A DNA stretch of 64,000 nt from the human T2T-CHM13v2.0 reference genome, Homo sapiens, in the NCBI RefSeq assembly GCF_009914755.1, contig NC_060932.1; one strand, written 5' to 3'. Below, piece by piece: positions 1-20,819 of the stretch. The notes under the pieces are model-generated. The model did not search any database. It was given only the letters and a program-made list of their open reading frames with translations, and had not been told where the DNA came from. Every line of letters starts with the position of its first letter. The first letter of the stretch is position 1. Both the position numbers and the translations under genes were made by a program.

Positions 1-578
1 CTATAACCACACCCTATAGCCTAACAATGTACAGCCAATCACTAATCAGTGTTATTCCTGTAAGCCAGCTCCTGACAAACAACTTTGTATCAGCCTACTC
101 CCTGTCACTCAAACTTTTTTTTTTTTTTTTTGTCTTTAAAAACCTGCTTGTGGGCCAAGCATAGTGGCTCACACCTGTAATCACAGCACTTTGGGAGGCC
201 AAGGCTGGAGGACTGCTGGAGCCTAGGTGTTCAAGACCAGCCTGGGCAACATGGCAAAACCTCGTGTCTACAAAAAATACAAAAATTACCCAGGCCTGGT
301 GGTGTGCACCTATAGTCTTAGCTCCTCTAGAGGCTGAGGTGGGAGGATCATCTGAGCCTGGGGAGGTCCAGGCTGCAGTGAGCCGTGATCCACTGCACTC
401 CAGCCTGGATGACAGTGAGACCCTGTCTCAAAAAACAAACAAACCTGCTCGTAACAAAGATCGAATGGAATTCATATCCAAGGCTACCTGGGGCTGAGTC
501 TTCCCAGCAGCTGTCCTCACTTCGGCTAAACTATTCCAGTTATATTTTAGGCCTCAGCTTCTTTCTTTTAGATCGACA
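1..578 (+). mobile_element. ERV1-class LTR 3' portion (MER34-like) interrupted by an AluJ (153-440)
   Basis: LTR-like sequence ending ...ttttagatcgaca; Alu TSD aaacctgct(t/c)gt on both sides. Confidence 0.65.
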
Positions 579-1344
579 CAGTCATTTGAACTTTAGCAAG
601 CTCCTCTTTTTTGCTAGCCCATTCTGGACACATTTTAAATGAGAGTCACAACCAACATTTTTGCATTATTCAAAATAGCTTCAAGAAACCAGGAACCCTT
701 CACATGTATTTGTTTTCTTCTTTAGAACAATGCATTTGTTTAGGGAAAATGAAAACGGTCTATAGCTGAACTCATGTTAGTGTTTTCCGGAATCAAATGC
801 TCACAGGAACTCAAAGCTCTTCTCCGGAGATCAGGGCTTACCCTTGCCTTCAGTGCTTCATCTTCTGCTCTCAACATCTGCTACTCCTCCCCATTGTTCC
901 ACCCTTTCACCAAAGGCCTGCTGTCAGCAATTTTCAGTAAATAGCCTTTTTTACAAAAGTGTCATTTCTTTCTCATATTAAAATTCCCTAATAAATCTTT
1001 TTTCCCCTCCCTATGAGTTTTTCTGACACCCATAAAGAATTTTCCTTTCAACATCCTGTCTTCTTGCCTTCTCCACTCAAAGCTTCACTTGACACCTGCC
1101 TTCCAGGTAAGACAACACCCCTTAGAGCTCATAATCTTGCCAGGTTAGTCTTTACATTTTTTTTATCCTGATAAAATCTTTGCTCACTCAGCACTAGTAG
1201 CGATTCTCTCCTCTGAGAATTGAGGTTTGTGTACTTGTTAATGATCCCATAATGCCCCTGTAGTCTCTGTAGGACAAGGGCCCCACAAAAACAAAAGAAG
1301 AGAAAAAAGATAATCTTCTCTTACAGTTTTGGTTCTCTGACTTT

Positions 1345-1452
1345 GAGCATGCAGCAGATACCTGGAAGGCTTTGTTGTAACAAAGTCTGCTGGACCCCAC
1401 CCTGGAGTCACTGATTCAGCAGGTCTGGGTGGACCTGAGAATATGCATTTAT
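1345..1452. mobile_element. MER5A fragment
   Basis: ctgattcagcaggtctgggtggacctgagaatatgcattt core. Confidence 0.7.
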
Positions 1453-1814
1453 ATGCACAGATGAAAATGACTTGGTCTCTGGCTTCCACAAGGCTGCAGT
1501 CTAATGGATAAAACCCTCTTTTGATCTGGGTAGCACTTCAGAATTTGAAAATCTCTGTCATATTGATTAGACTTAAAAAACACCCTCACAACAGTGTGAG
1601 GGGAAGCAGAGTCTGCACTTTGGGTTAAAAAACTTGAGTTTGAATTCCAACCTTACCAAGTATTAGCTCTATGGTTATGGTTAAGTCGCTTAAACTCTCA
1701 AAACCTGAGTTATCTGTGAAATGGGAATACTACTCTCCCAGGGAGGTAATACTTGTGTTTGTAAAAATACTGTATGAGCTAAAAAAAAAAAAGTGCTATA
1801 CAGATACCTAATTA

Positions 1815-2801
<987 letters not shown>

Positions 2802-3878
2802 ATAGGTTTCATGAAACAGGTGGAATTTTTGGTGGGCCCTGAAGGTTTTCAACAGGCAGGGAATTAAGCAGGGAAGGAATGTGGCAGGGAAATGCATGTC
2901 ACATTTAAGAAATGGAGAACATGAGAAAATTATTAATCTGATGATATGGCTGGAAAAGAAGTGTAAAACCACAGAAAGCTTTGAATACCAGGAAAAGGAG
3001 TTTCAGCATACTTCAGTAGGTAATGGGTAGCTAATAAACATTCTGACCAGCAGATAAGTAACACTGGCATGCGTATGAGGTACATTGGAAGGGGAAGAGC
3101 ATGGAGGCAGCGAAAGCTGTGAAGTCCACATTCTTTAACAGCTATCTCTACCTCACCTTTGGTTTTATTCCCATGTCCTCACCTTCCACTGGTGTGGCCT
3201 TATAATAAATCTCTATCTTCTAAATCATCAACTCTGCCCCAGAGAGCTCCTTCAAAGGTGGGGCAGCTCTCCTGTGGTCCTAGCCCTGCCTTCTGCAGCA
3301 CTGCAGGAGAACACACATCCCCGCTTCCCCCTAAAGATTCTTGGCAGCCCTCCTGTCCTCATTCAGATTTCTCTTCTTGTTAAATATGCCCAGTTTTTCA
3401 GCCATTTCTCACTGAAGTGGCTTTTCCACCATTCTAGTTACCCTTCTCTGGATATTATGTAGTTTCTCCCACAGAAAGAGAAGCACATGGTATTACCAAA
3501 GGCAATGGATAATTTAAAGAAACAAACTCTTGATGGGCCAATAAGAACTTAATCCCCCACCCACCTCTTTTCCTTACTGGGTAACTTTATTGGGAGTACT
3601 TGAGAGAAAGTCAAGTTCAAGGCCCAGATGAGTTCTCACTTGTCTATGGTATCATTTACATGTTGGCACCTTGGTCATATTTAAATCCTTCATCTCATTC
3701 TGACTTGGGTTTGCTTTGACTTACAGATGAACCCTAGATGTTGTATATCTTTCCTTTAGGGAATTTTATGGATGCCAGTCCTGTAATTTATACCCTCTCT
3801 TCTGTACCGTAGTTTTAGGGGACAAAACTGTGTATACATGGCTTGCTTGTATTTTTTCCTTCAGATTTTCTTTTTTCT

Positions 3879-6180
<2,302 letters not shown>

Positions 6181-6408
6181 AAAAATAATAAAATTTTTGT
6201 AAAGTACAATGTTTACTTAGTCTTTTATAAGGTATTTTATAGGGTTTGACTTTTTTAAGAAGCTAGTTGTGAATAAGTAAAAGACCCTAAACAGAAGGTG
6301 TACTGGATTCTATGTAGTTTCATGTCAGTCCTTAGAGTCCTGATTGCATAGAGAAAGATTAATTGAAATAGTTTAAGCCTGTTTAAGAAATAAGAGGCTT
6401 TCTAATAT

Positions 6409-6472
6409 CAGAAGAATATAATTATTTCATACCAGAAGCATATAATTATTTCATACCAGAAGAATATAATTT
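6409..6472. repeat. 24-bp tandem repeat, ~2.6 copies
   Basis: cagaag(a/c)atataattatttcatac repeated. Confidence 0.9.
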
Positions 6473-7479
6473 TTCAGCGACATTTTAAAATTATTTTTCT
6501 CCCTCCTGCACACTGATTCAGCAACATTTTTTAAAGCCTGAGTTAATGCCTCTTCAAAACAATATTTGAATATGGAATGGTTAAAAATTGAACTGGAAAA
6601 CTCACCAAAATTCTACCTGTTATTTTATGAAAATCTTACTTCACTGATCTCCTTTACAATGCTCTATTTGCTAACCTGTCCATCGGTAACCTCCCCCCAG
6701 ACACCCCCAACTGTATCTTCTCTCACGCTTACCCTTCTTGGAAGTATTGGGGATCATAAGTTGAGATACTTTACTAAGAGTAGACAATATCCTTCCATAA
6801 AGAAGTCTCCTCTTCAATAACAAATAGTGTCTTGCATGTTCGGGACGATGTGACAGATTAATGCTACTATGTGGTGGTTAAGATACTGCCTTCTGCAAAG
6901 ATAAATAATGTTGATTCACTGCGCTTCCAAAATCAAGGACAAAGCCGAAGGCATGAGGCCAGGTGATAAAGTTTATGGCTGAGAAGGCAACCAAGATTCA
7001 AACTGACTGACAGCAGAAGCCAGATGAAGGATTATGCATTTGTTCCCTGATGAGTGTGGTGAATAAAAATAAAAAAATCCTGAAGGCCAGCAGAGTAGAA
7101 GAGGGGTGTAAATTAAAGAAAACCACAGAGTGAAAATACAGTGAGCAGCTAGACCACAAAATGTTTTTGTATTTCAGAGGAGGCCGAAAGACGCATCCCG
7201 GCAGGTGTTGCTGAAGGAAGGGGTGCAAGACTGAGGAGGTCCTCAAGACTAAGTCAAGACTTGCAGTTCACCCGAGCACACTCGGTGCTGACCCTGACCC
7301 TGACCCTCTGCTTCTCTCTCTGGGGCTGCTTCTGTCGGGAGTGGGGTGGGGGGTCACTCTGTTCCTTAGCACTGTGGCAGAGCACATGTCAAGATGAAGC
7401 TCTGGTGAAGAATTGATCAAAAATAGTGGCGGAGTGAGATGGAGATTTAAATCAAAGGGCTGATTTATGAAGGCTTCAA

Positions 7480-7825
7480 AGATTTTTTTTTTTTAAAGAA
7501 AGAACATAGATTAGTTGTTTCTGAGGGCTGGAGGGGACAGAGATAGAGGCGGCGACGGAAGGATCCTTCAGGTTTCTTCTTGAGGTGATTAAACGTTCTG
7601 AAATCGCGTGTTACAGCTCTTTTGGAATTTGTCTAGCAGGTTTTCTGGTTTTCACTGCAAAACCCCACAGTAAAAAACAGAAAGAAAAAATTATCCTAAA
7701 ATTGGCTGTGGTAATGGTTGCGCATATGCTGTGAATAGGCTTCCAAATATTGAAATGTCCACTTCAAACGAGTGAACTGTATGGTATGTGAATTATATAT
7801 CAATAAAGCTTTTCAAAATAATAAC
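7480..7825 (+). mobile_element. Old L1M (L1MB-like) 3' end, host of the U7 copy
   Basis: gtgaactgtatggtatgtgaattatatatcaataaagct terminus. Confidence 0.7.
7607..7667 (+). pseudogene. U7 snRNA retro-pseudogene (probably RNU7-55P), inserted in an old L1M 3' end
   Basis: gtgttacagctcttttggaatttgtctagcaggttttctggttttcactgcaaaacccc: U7 5' end, U7 Sm site AATTTGTCTAG and 3' hairpin, followed by an A-rich tail. Confidence 0.9.
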
Positions 7826-8054
7826 AAAAACCTTCAGGCCACTAGAAAGGACCGTCAATGTGGTATGAAAACAAGACTCAACACGGCAACCTCACAGGGC
7901 TATGAGGTAAAACCAAAGGACACTGATCACCCAAAAGGAAAGCTATTGTCAAACGTTAGGGAAAGAACTACAGGAAAACTAAATCATGGTATTCTGTATT
8001 TCATTTCCACTTAGGAGAATTCTGCCTCTCTGTCATTTTTGCGTGTGTGTACGT

Positions 8055-12667
<4,613 letters not shown>

Positions 12668-12704
12668 AGGTCACCTTTCTTTTTTCCCTTCTACTATTGA
12701 TATT

Positions 12705-12749
<45 letters not shown>

Positions 12750-14217
12750 CACACAGGTTAAAAATGAAATCCCATCATGACCTTTATAATAAACAAGTGC
12801 ATAGAGCAGGAAAATTCCAGTCATAAAATAATGGACTCTTTATATCTAGAAAACTTAATACAGATTTCAGGCTGATACAGGAACGTGTATACAGTCTTTG
12901 AGTATAACATACTTCATGTGTATGAATGACGTACCCTGCAGCTAAATCAATAATGGGGGCTTATATTTGTATAGGTCTTTAGTGTTCCCAAAACGATTTT
13001 ATGTCATATCACTTGCAATTTTGGAGACTCATGCGATTTTTAGAAATAGGTAGGGCAATGAGAATGATTTCTTTTTTCCTGAGGCTTAGAAGTGTAAAAT
13101 GCCTTGGCCAGGTTTACACAGCAATAGGCAGCCGTCAAATCTTCTCCCAGTTCATGGGCGTTTATTCCCATCTGCCACATTGCAAGGTAGCTGGAATGAC
13201 TGTCACCGTTCGTGCTTCCTCCACCCCTCACTCCACTGCAGCTCAGCTGAGGCCACTGAGAACATCAGAACAGTGAGGCAAGGCGATCACCAACTTTCCC
13301 AAAATAGAAGCCACCACAGAGACAAACCAGCCAGCTGTTTCCCTCTCAACTCACCCGCCTGTCACATTTTAGCCTCTGCAGTGGGGGCTGCCAGACCTCT
13401 TATTTCTTCCTTTCTTTTAAATTTCAGGTAAGAAAATAGAATACTTAAAATGTTAAGTATGTCCCTTCCTTTAAAAACAATGACCGGCACTCATAACTGA
13501 ACATTCCTTGAATAACAAAATGTCCTACATCTTCACAAAATCATGCATCTGATTCCTTTCTGCCTGTCATTTGTCACCCTCCTTCACCGTGCCCAACAAC
13601 CCAAAGGCCAGGTGAACACAAAATCAAATCACTGCCAGTGTTGGTGAGTTCAAAAGTCATCAGGTGCCCACTGGCCGCTCTGAAAAGCCATCTTTGCATT
13701 GTCCCCATTTTATTGGCAGAGTCCTCAAACTCTTGCTTTCTTCTTATCCAACACATGGGATCACCGGGGAGCCCGCTGTGTCACAGACATCCATCTGTGG
13801 ACACCAACTCTGAGATGACCACCAACCACTTAAAGGAGAAGAAACAAGTTGTGCAGGTGGAGAAAGGGGAAGAGATGCCCCTGCTAGTGGGAACCCCAAT
13901 GAAGAAAATGGGGAGATGAGGCTGACGATAAGGAGGACAAAGAAGAGGAAGAAGGTGGGGAGGAAGAGGAGGAGGAAGAAGGTGGAGGCAAGGAAGAGGG
14001 TGGAGATGAATGAAGAAGCTAGAGCCCCTGGTGGCAAACAGGGCACTGCAGATAGAGAAGATAGTGGTGTTGATATCGCAAAGCAGAAGATGAGGAGGAT
14101 AGCCAGGCAGCAGAAAAGTCAAAGAAAAAAAAGGCGGCCGTGACCTATTCACCCTCCACTTCCCTTCTCATAAACTAGACATGGTCACCTTGGAGAGAGA
14201 GGCCCAGCCACTGCCGA

Positions 14218-14236
14218 CAGCGCCACCTGCTGGTGA
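14218..14236 (-). promoter_or_regulatory. Near-consensus CTCF motif
   Basis: The minus strand TCACCAGCAGGTGGCGCTG fits CCASYAGRKGGCRS fully; motif only, no binding data. Confidence 0.6.
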
Positions 14237-14340
14237 CACACTCTCCACCACCCACCCAAAACCACAACATGAGTTTGCAACAGGAGAGGAAAAAGGAATC
14301 AAAACTTCCAAGGCCCTGCTTTTTATTTTTATTTTTTTAA

Positions 14341-14723
<383 letters not shown>

Positions 14724-14941
14724 GGCAGTCAGCCATTTTTAATGATCTCAGGTGATCAAACCAGCCTACTGAGCATCCTCTGCCTTACTTCTGACTTTAC
14801 TTGTGGTGTGACCAAGTTCATCATCACCTCAAAGAACAAAAGAAACCTCGTAGAAAGAAGCAAAAACAACTAAACAATCTTATTCTGAGCATTCCAGTAA
14901 CTTTTTTTGTACATGCACTTAGCTGTACTATAGATAGTTGG

Positions 14942-15345
14942 TGTCAGGCCTCTGAGCCCAAGCTAAGCCATCATATCCCCTGTGGCCTGCACGTACACAT
15001 CCAGATGGCCGGTTCCTGCCTTAACTAATGACATTCCACCACAAAAGAAGTGAAAATGGCCTGTTCCTGCCTTAACTGATGACATTATCTTGTGAAATTC
15101 CTTCTCCTGGCTCATCCTGGCTCAAAAGCTCCCCTACTGAGCACCTTGTGACCCCCACTCCTTCCTGCCAGAGAACAACCCCGCTTTTTCCTTTACTTAC
15201 CCAAATCCTATAAAACAGCCCCACCCCTGTCTCCCTTCACTGACTCTCTTCTCGGACTCAGCCCGCTTGCACCCAGGTGAAATAAACAGCCCTGTTGCTC
15301 ACACAAAGCCTGTTTGGTGGTCTCTTCACATGGATGCGCATGAAA
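14942..15345 (+). promoter_or_regulatory. 5' LTR7 of HERV-H (TATAAA ~15209, AATAAA 15281-15286, AAAAGAAG 15043-15050)
   Basis: Matches the LTR7 sequence; ~94% identical to the 3' LTR by manual alignment. Confidence 0.95.
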
Positions 15346-15347
15346 TT

Positions 15348-15365
15348 TGGTGCCATGACTCGGAT
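15348..15365 (+). other. tRNA-His primer-binding site (one mismatch)
   Basis: TGGTGCCATGACTCGGAT versus the canonical TGGTGCCGTGACTCGGAT, directly after the 5' LTR. Confidence 0.92.
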
Positions 15366-15949
15366 CAAGGGACCTTCCTTGGGAGATCAATCCCCTGTCC
15401 TCCTGCTCTTTGGTCCGTGAAAAAGATCCACCTAGGACCTCAGGTCATCAGACCCACCAGCCCAAGGAACAACTCACCAATTTTAAATTGGGTAAGCAGC
15501 CTCTTCTTACTCTCTTCTCCAACCTCTCTCACTATCCCTCAACCACTTTCTCCTTTCAATCTTTGCACCACCCTTCAATCTCTCACTTCTCTTAATTTCA
15601 ATTCCTTTCATTTTCTGGTAGAGACAAAGGAGACACGTTTTATCCGTGGACCCAAAACTCCGGTGCCAGTCACGGACTAGGGAAGGCAGCCTTCCCTTGG
15701 TGTTTAATCATTGTAGGGACGCCTCTCTGATAATTCACCCATGTTTCAGAGGTGTCTGACCACTCAAGGACGCCTGCCTTTGTCCCTCACCCTTAGCGGC
15801 AAGTACCGCTTTTCTGGGGTGCAAGAACCCCCCAACTCCTTCTCTCCATGTCTCCACCCCTTCTCTGCTTTTCTGGGGGGCAAGAACCCCCCAACCCCTT
15901 CTCCTTCACCCTTAGCGGCAAGTATCGCTTCTCTAGGGGGCAAGAACCC

Positions 15950-16105
15950 CCCGATCCCTTATTTCCACGCCCCGATCTCTTATCTCTGTGCCCCAATCCC
16001 TTATTTCCATGCCCTGACCTCTTATCTCTGCACCCTGACCCCTTATTTCCACACTCCAACCTCTTATCTCTGTGCCCCAACCCCTTATTTACACACCCCA
16101 ACCCC
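15950..16105 (+). repeat. ~39-bp tandem repeat in the HERV-H leader / pre-gag region
   Basis: Repeated cccttatttcca...tcttatctctg(t/c)(g/a)ccc units; a known HERV-H feature. Confidence 0.8.
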
Positions 16106-17502
16106 TTTCCTGCTTTTCTGGAGGGTAAGAACCCCTGAACCCCTTCCCTCCGTGTCTCTACTCTCTCTTTTCTCTGGGCTTGCCTCCTTCACTATGGGCA
16201 ACCTTCCACCCTCCATTCCCCCTTCTTCTCCCTTAGCCTGTGTTCTCAAGAACTTAAAACCTCTTCAACTTACACCTGACCTAAAACCTAAATGCCTTAT
16301 TTTCTTCTGCAATGCCACTTGACCCCAGTATAAACTCTACAGTGGTTCCAAATAGCCAGAAAACGGCACTTTCAATTTTTCCATCCTACAAGATCTAAAT
16401 AATTCTTGTTGTAAAATGGGCAAATGGTCTGAGATGCCCGATGTCCAGGCATTCTTTTACACATTGGACCCTCCCTAGTCTCTGTTCCCCATGCAACTCA
16501 TCCCAAATCTTCCTTCTTTCCCTCCCGCCTGTCCCCTCAGTCCCAACCCCAAGCATCGCTGAGTCTTTCTAATCTTCCTTTTCTACAGACCCATCTGACC
16601 TCTCCCCTCCTTGCCAGGCCGAGCTAGGTCCCGATTCTTCCTCAGCCTCCGCTCCTCCACCCTATAATCCTTTTATCACCTCCCCTCCTCACACCCGGTC
16701 TGGCTTACAGTTTCATTCCATGACTAGCCCTCCCCCACCTGCCCAGCAATTTCCTCTTAAAAAGGTGGCTGGAGCTAAAGGCATAGTCAAGGTTAATGCT
16801 TTTTCTTTATCTGACCTCTCCCAAATCAGTTAGTGTTTAGGCTCTTTTTCATCAAATATAAAAAACCCAGCCCAGTTCATGGCCCCTTTAGCAGCAACTC
16901 TGAGACGCTTTACAGCCCTAGACCCTAAAAGGTCAAAAGGCCGTCTTATTCTCAATATACATTTATTTTATTACCCAATCTGTTCCCGACATTAAATAAA
17001 GCTCCAAAAATTAAATTCCGTCCCTCAAACCCCACAACAGGACTTAATTAACCTGGCCTTCAAGGTGTACAATAATAAAGTAGAGGCAGCCAAGTAGCAA
17101 CATATTTCTGAGTTGCAATTCCTTGCCTCCACTGTGAGACAAACCCCAGCCACATCTCCAGCACACAAGAACTCCAAACACCTGAACCGCAGCTGCCAGG
17201 GGTTCCTCCAGAACCTCCTCCCCCAGGAGCTTGCTACAAGTGCCAGAAATCTGGCCACTGGGCCAAGGAATGCCCACAGCCCGGGATTCCTCCTAAGCCA
17301 CGTCCCATCTGAGCGAGACCCCACTGAAAATCAGACTGTTCAACTCACCTGGCAGCCACTCCCAGAGCCCCTGGAACTCTGGCCCAAGGCTCTCTGACTG
17401 ACTCCTTCCCAGATCTTCTCAGCTTAGCGGCTGTAGACTGACACTGCCGGATTGCCTCGGAAGCCTACAGGACCATCACAGATACTCTGATTAACTCTCA
17501 CA

Positions 17503-20372
17503 GTGGAGGTTAACTCCGTCCCCTTCTTAATCAATACGGAGGCTAACCACTCCACATTACCTTCTTTTCAAGGGCCTGTTTCCCTTGCCTCCATAACTGT
17601 TGTAAGTATTGACAGCCAGGCTTCTAAACCTCTTAAAACTCCCCAACTCTGGCGCCAACTTAGAAAACATTCTTTTTTGCACTCTTTTTTAGTTATCCCC
17701 ACCTGCCCGGTTCCCTTATTAGGCCAAGACATTTTAACTAAATTATCTGCTTCCCTGACTGTTCCTGGACTACAGCCACACCTCATTGCTGCCCTTTTCC
17801 CCAGTTCAAAGCCTCCTTCGCATTCTCCTCTCGTATCCCCGCACCTTAACCCACAAGTATAAGATACCTCTACTCCCTCCTTGGCGACTGATCATGCACC
17901 CCTTACAATCTCATTAAAACTTAATCACCCTTACCCACTCAATGCCAATATCCTGTCCCACAGCACGCTTTAAAAAGATTAAAGCCTGTTTTCCCTCACC
18001 TGCTACAACATGGCCTTTTAAAGCCTATAAACTCCCCTTACAATTCCCCCATTTCACCTGTCCTAAAACCAGACAAAGTTTACAGGTTAGTTCAAGACTG
18101 TGCCTTATCAACCAAATTGTTTTGCCTATCCACCCCGTGGTGCCAAACCCATATACTCTCCTATCCTCAATACCTCCCTCCACAATCCATTATTCTGTTC
18201 TAGATCTCAAACATGCTTTCTTTACTATTCCTTTGCACCCTTCATCCCAGCCTCTCTTCGCTTTCCCTTGGACTGACCCTGACACCCATCAGGCTCAGCA
18301 AATTACCTGGGCTGTACTGCTGCAAAACTTCACGGACAGCACCCATTACTTCAGTCAAGCCCAAATGTCTTCCTCATCTGTTACCTATCTCGGCATAATT
18401 CTCATAAAAACACACATGCTCTCCCTGCTGATCATGTCTGGCTAATCTCCCAAACCTCAATCCCTTACAAAACAACAACTCCTTTCCTTCCCAGGCATGG
18501 TTAGTGCGGTCAGAATTCTTACAAAAGAGCTGGGACAGCACTGTGTAGCCTTTCTGTCCAAACAACTTGACCTTACTGTTTTAGCCTAGCCCTCATGTCT
18601 GCGTGCAGCGGCCGCCACTGCCCTAATACTTTCAGAGACCTTTAAAATCACAAACTATGGTCAACTCACTTTCTACAGCTCTCATAACTTCCCAAGTCTA
18701 TTTTCTGCCTCACACCTGATGCATATACTTTCTGCTCCCCGGCTCCTTCAGCTGTACTCACTCTTTGTTGAGTCTCCCACAATTACCATTGTTCCTGGCC
18801 CGGACTTCAATCTGGCCTCCCACATTATTCTGGATACCACATCTGACCCTCATAACTGTATCTGGCTGATCCACCTGACATTCACCCCATTTCCCCATAT
18901 TTCCTTCCTTCCTGCTCCTCACCCCGATCACATTTAGTTTATTGATGGCAGTTCCAGCAGGCCTAATCGCCACTCATCAGCAAAGGCAGGCTATGCTATA
19001 GTATCTTCCACATCTATCACTGAGGCTACCGCTCCGCTCCCCTCCATTACCTCTGAACAAACCGAATTAGTTGCCTTAACTCAAGCCCTCGCTCTTGCAA
19101 AAGGACTACGCGTCAATATTTATACTGACTCTAAATATGCCTTTCATATTCTGCACCACCATGCTGTTATACAGGCTGAAAGAGGTTTCCTCACTACGCA
19201 AGCGTCCTCCATCATTAATGCCTCTTTAATAAAAACTCTGCTTAAGGCCGCTTTACTTCCAAAAGAAGCTGGGGTCATTCACTGCAAGGGGCATCAAAAG
19301 GCATCAGATCCCGTTGCTCTAGACAATGCTTATGCTGATAAGGTGGCTAGACAAGCAGCTAGCTTTCCAACTTCTGTCCTTCACGGCCAGTTTCTCTCCT
19401 TCACATCGTTCACTCCCACCTACTCCCCCGCTGAAACTTCCACCTATCAATCTCTTCCCACACAAGGCAAATGGTTCTTAGACCAAGGAAAATATCTCCT
19501 TCCAGCCTCACAGGCCCATTCTATTCTGTGGTCATTTCATAACCTCTTCCATGTAGGTTACAAGCCGCTAGCCCGTCTCTTAGAACCTCTCATTTCCTTT
19601 CCATCATGGAAATCTATCCTCAAGGAGATCACTTCTCAGTGTTCCATCTGCTATTCTACTGCCCCTCAGGGATTGTTCCGGCCCCCTCCCTTCGCTACAC
19701 ATCAAGCTTGGAGATTTGCCCCCGCCCCCCACCAGGATTGGCAAATTGGCTTTACTCAACATGCCCCAAGTCAGAAAACTAAAATATCTCTTAGTCTGGG
19801 TAGACACTTTCACTGGATGGGTAGAGGTCTTTCTCACAGGGTCTGAGAAGGCCACCGCGGTCATTTCTTCCCTTCTGTCAGACATAATTCCTCGGTTTGG
19901 CCTTCCCACCTCTATACAGTCCAATAACAGACCAGCCTTTATTAGTCAAATCACCCAAGCAGTTTCTCAGGCTCTTGGTATTCAGTGGAAACTTCGTACC
20001 CCTTACCATCCTCAATATTCAGGAAAGGTAGAACGGACTAATGGTCTTTTAAAGACACATCTTACCAAGCTCAGCCTCCAACTTAAAAAGGACTGGACAA
20101 TACTTTTACCACTTTCCCTTCTCAGAATTCAGGCCTGTCCTCGGAATGCTACAGGGTACAGCCCATTTGAGCTCCTGTATGGACGCTCCTTTTTATTAAG
20201 CCCCAGTCTCATTCCAGACACCAGACCAACTTGGACTGTGCCCCAGAAAACTTGTCATCCCTACTATCTTCTGTCTAGTCATACTCCTATTCACCATTCT
20301 CAACTACTCATACATGCCCTGCTCTTGTTTACACTGCCGGTTCACACTGTTTCTCCAAGCCATCGCAGCTGA
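17503..20372 (+). pseudogene. Defective HERV-H pro-pol: protease (LINTEA, DTG lost), partial RT (YSVLDLKHAFFTIPL, no YxDD), RNase H (FIDGS, IYTDSKYA) and integrase (WVDTFTGWVE...SNNRPAF...GKVERTN)
   Basis: ORFs 17503..17862, 17942..18445, 19343..19846 and 19716..20372, separated by stops and frameshifts. Confidence 0.92.
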
Positions 20373-20819
20373 TATCGCCTGGTGCTATCCCCAAACCGCC
20401 ACTCTTAACTCTTAAAGTAAATAAATAATCTTTGCTGGCAAGGCTATGCTGAACCTCCTTAGGCACTCTCTAGGTAGATGTCCTAGGTCCTCCCAATTCT
20501 TAGTCCTTTAATACCTGTTTTTCTCCTTGTCTTATTCCCTTCTTTTTTCACTTCATACAAAATTGTATCTAGGCCATCATCAATAATTCTATAAGACAAA
20601 TGTTTCTTCTAACAACCCCACAATATCACCCCTTTCCACAAAATCTTCCTTCAGCTTCTCTCTCCCATTCTAGATTCCCACGCTGCCCCTAATCCTGCTC
20701 GAAGCAGCCCTGAGAAACATCGCCCGTTATCTCTCCAAACCACCCCCAAAAATTTTCGCCACCCCAACACTTTACCACTATTTCATTTTATTTTTCTTAT
20801 TAATATAAGAAGACAGGAA

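Noticed and set aside
7607-7667. Functional U7 gene clustered with ERI1 as a histone-processing module
   Set aside because: An A-rich tail, insertion inside L1, a mismatched stem and no evident snRNA promoter indicate a retrocopy; such copies are numerous.
15741-16322. 193-aa Pro/Tyr-rich repetitive ORF and a spacer-like repeat array
   Set aside because: Derived from the HERV-H leader tandem repeat; no unique spacers or cas genes, so not CRISPR and unlikely to be a protein.
19716-20372. 218-aa integrase ORF as a functional or domesticated gene
   Set aside because: The second catalytic Asp is replaced (SNNRPAF), the zinc-binding domain is in another frame and the C-terminus runs into a deletion.
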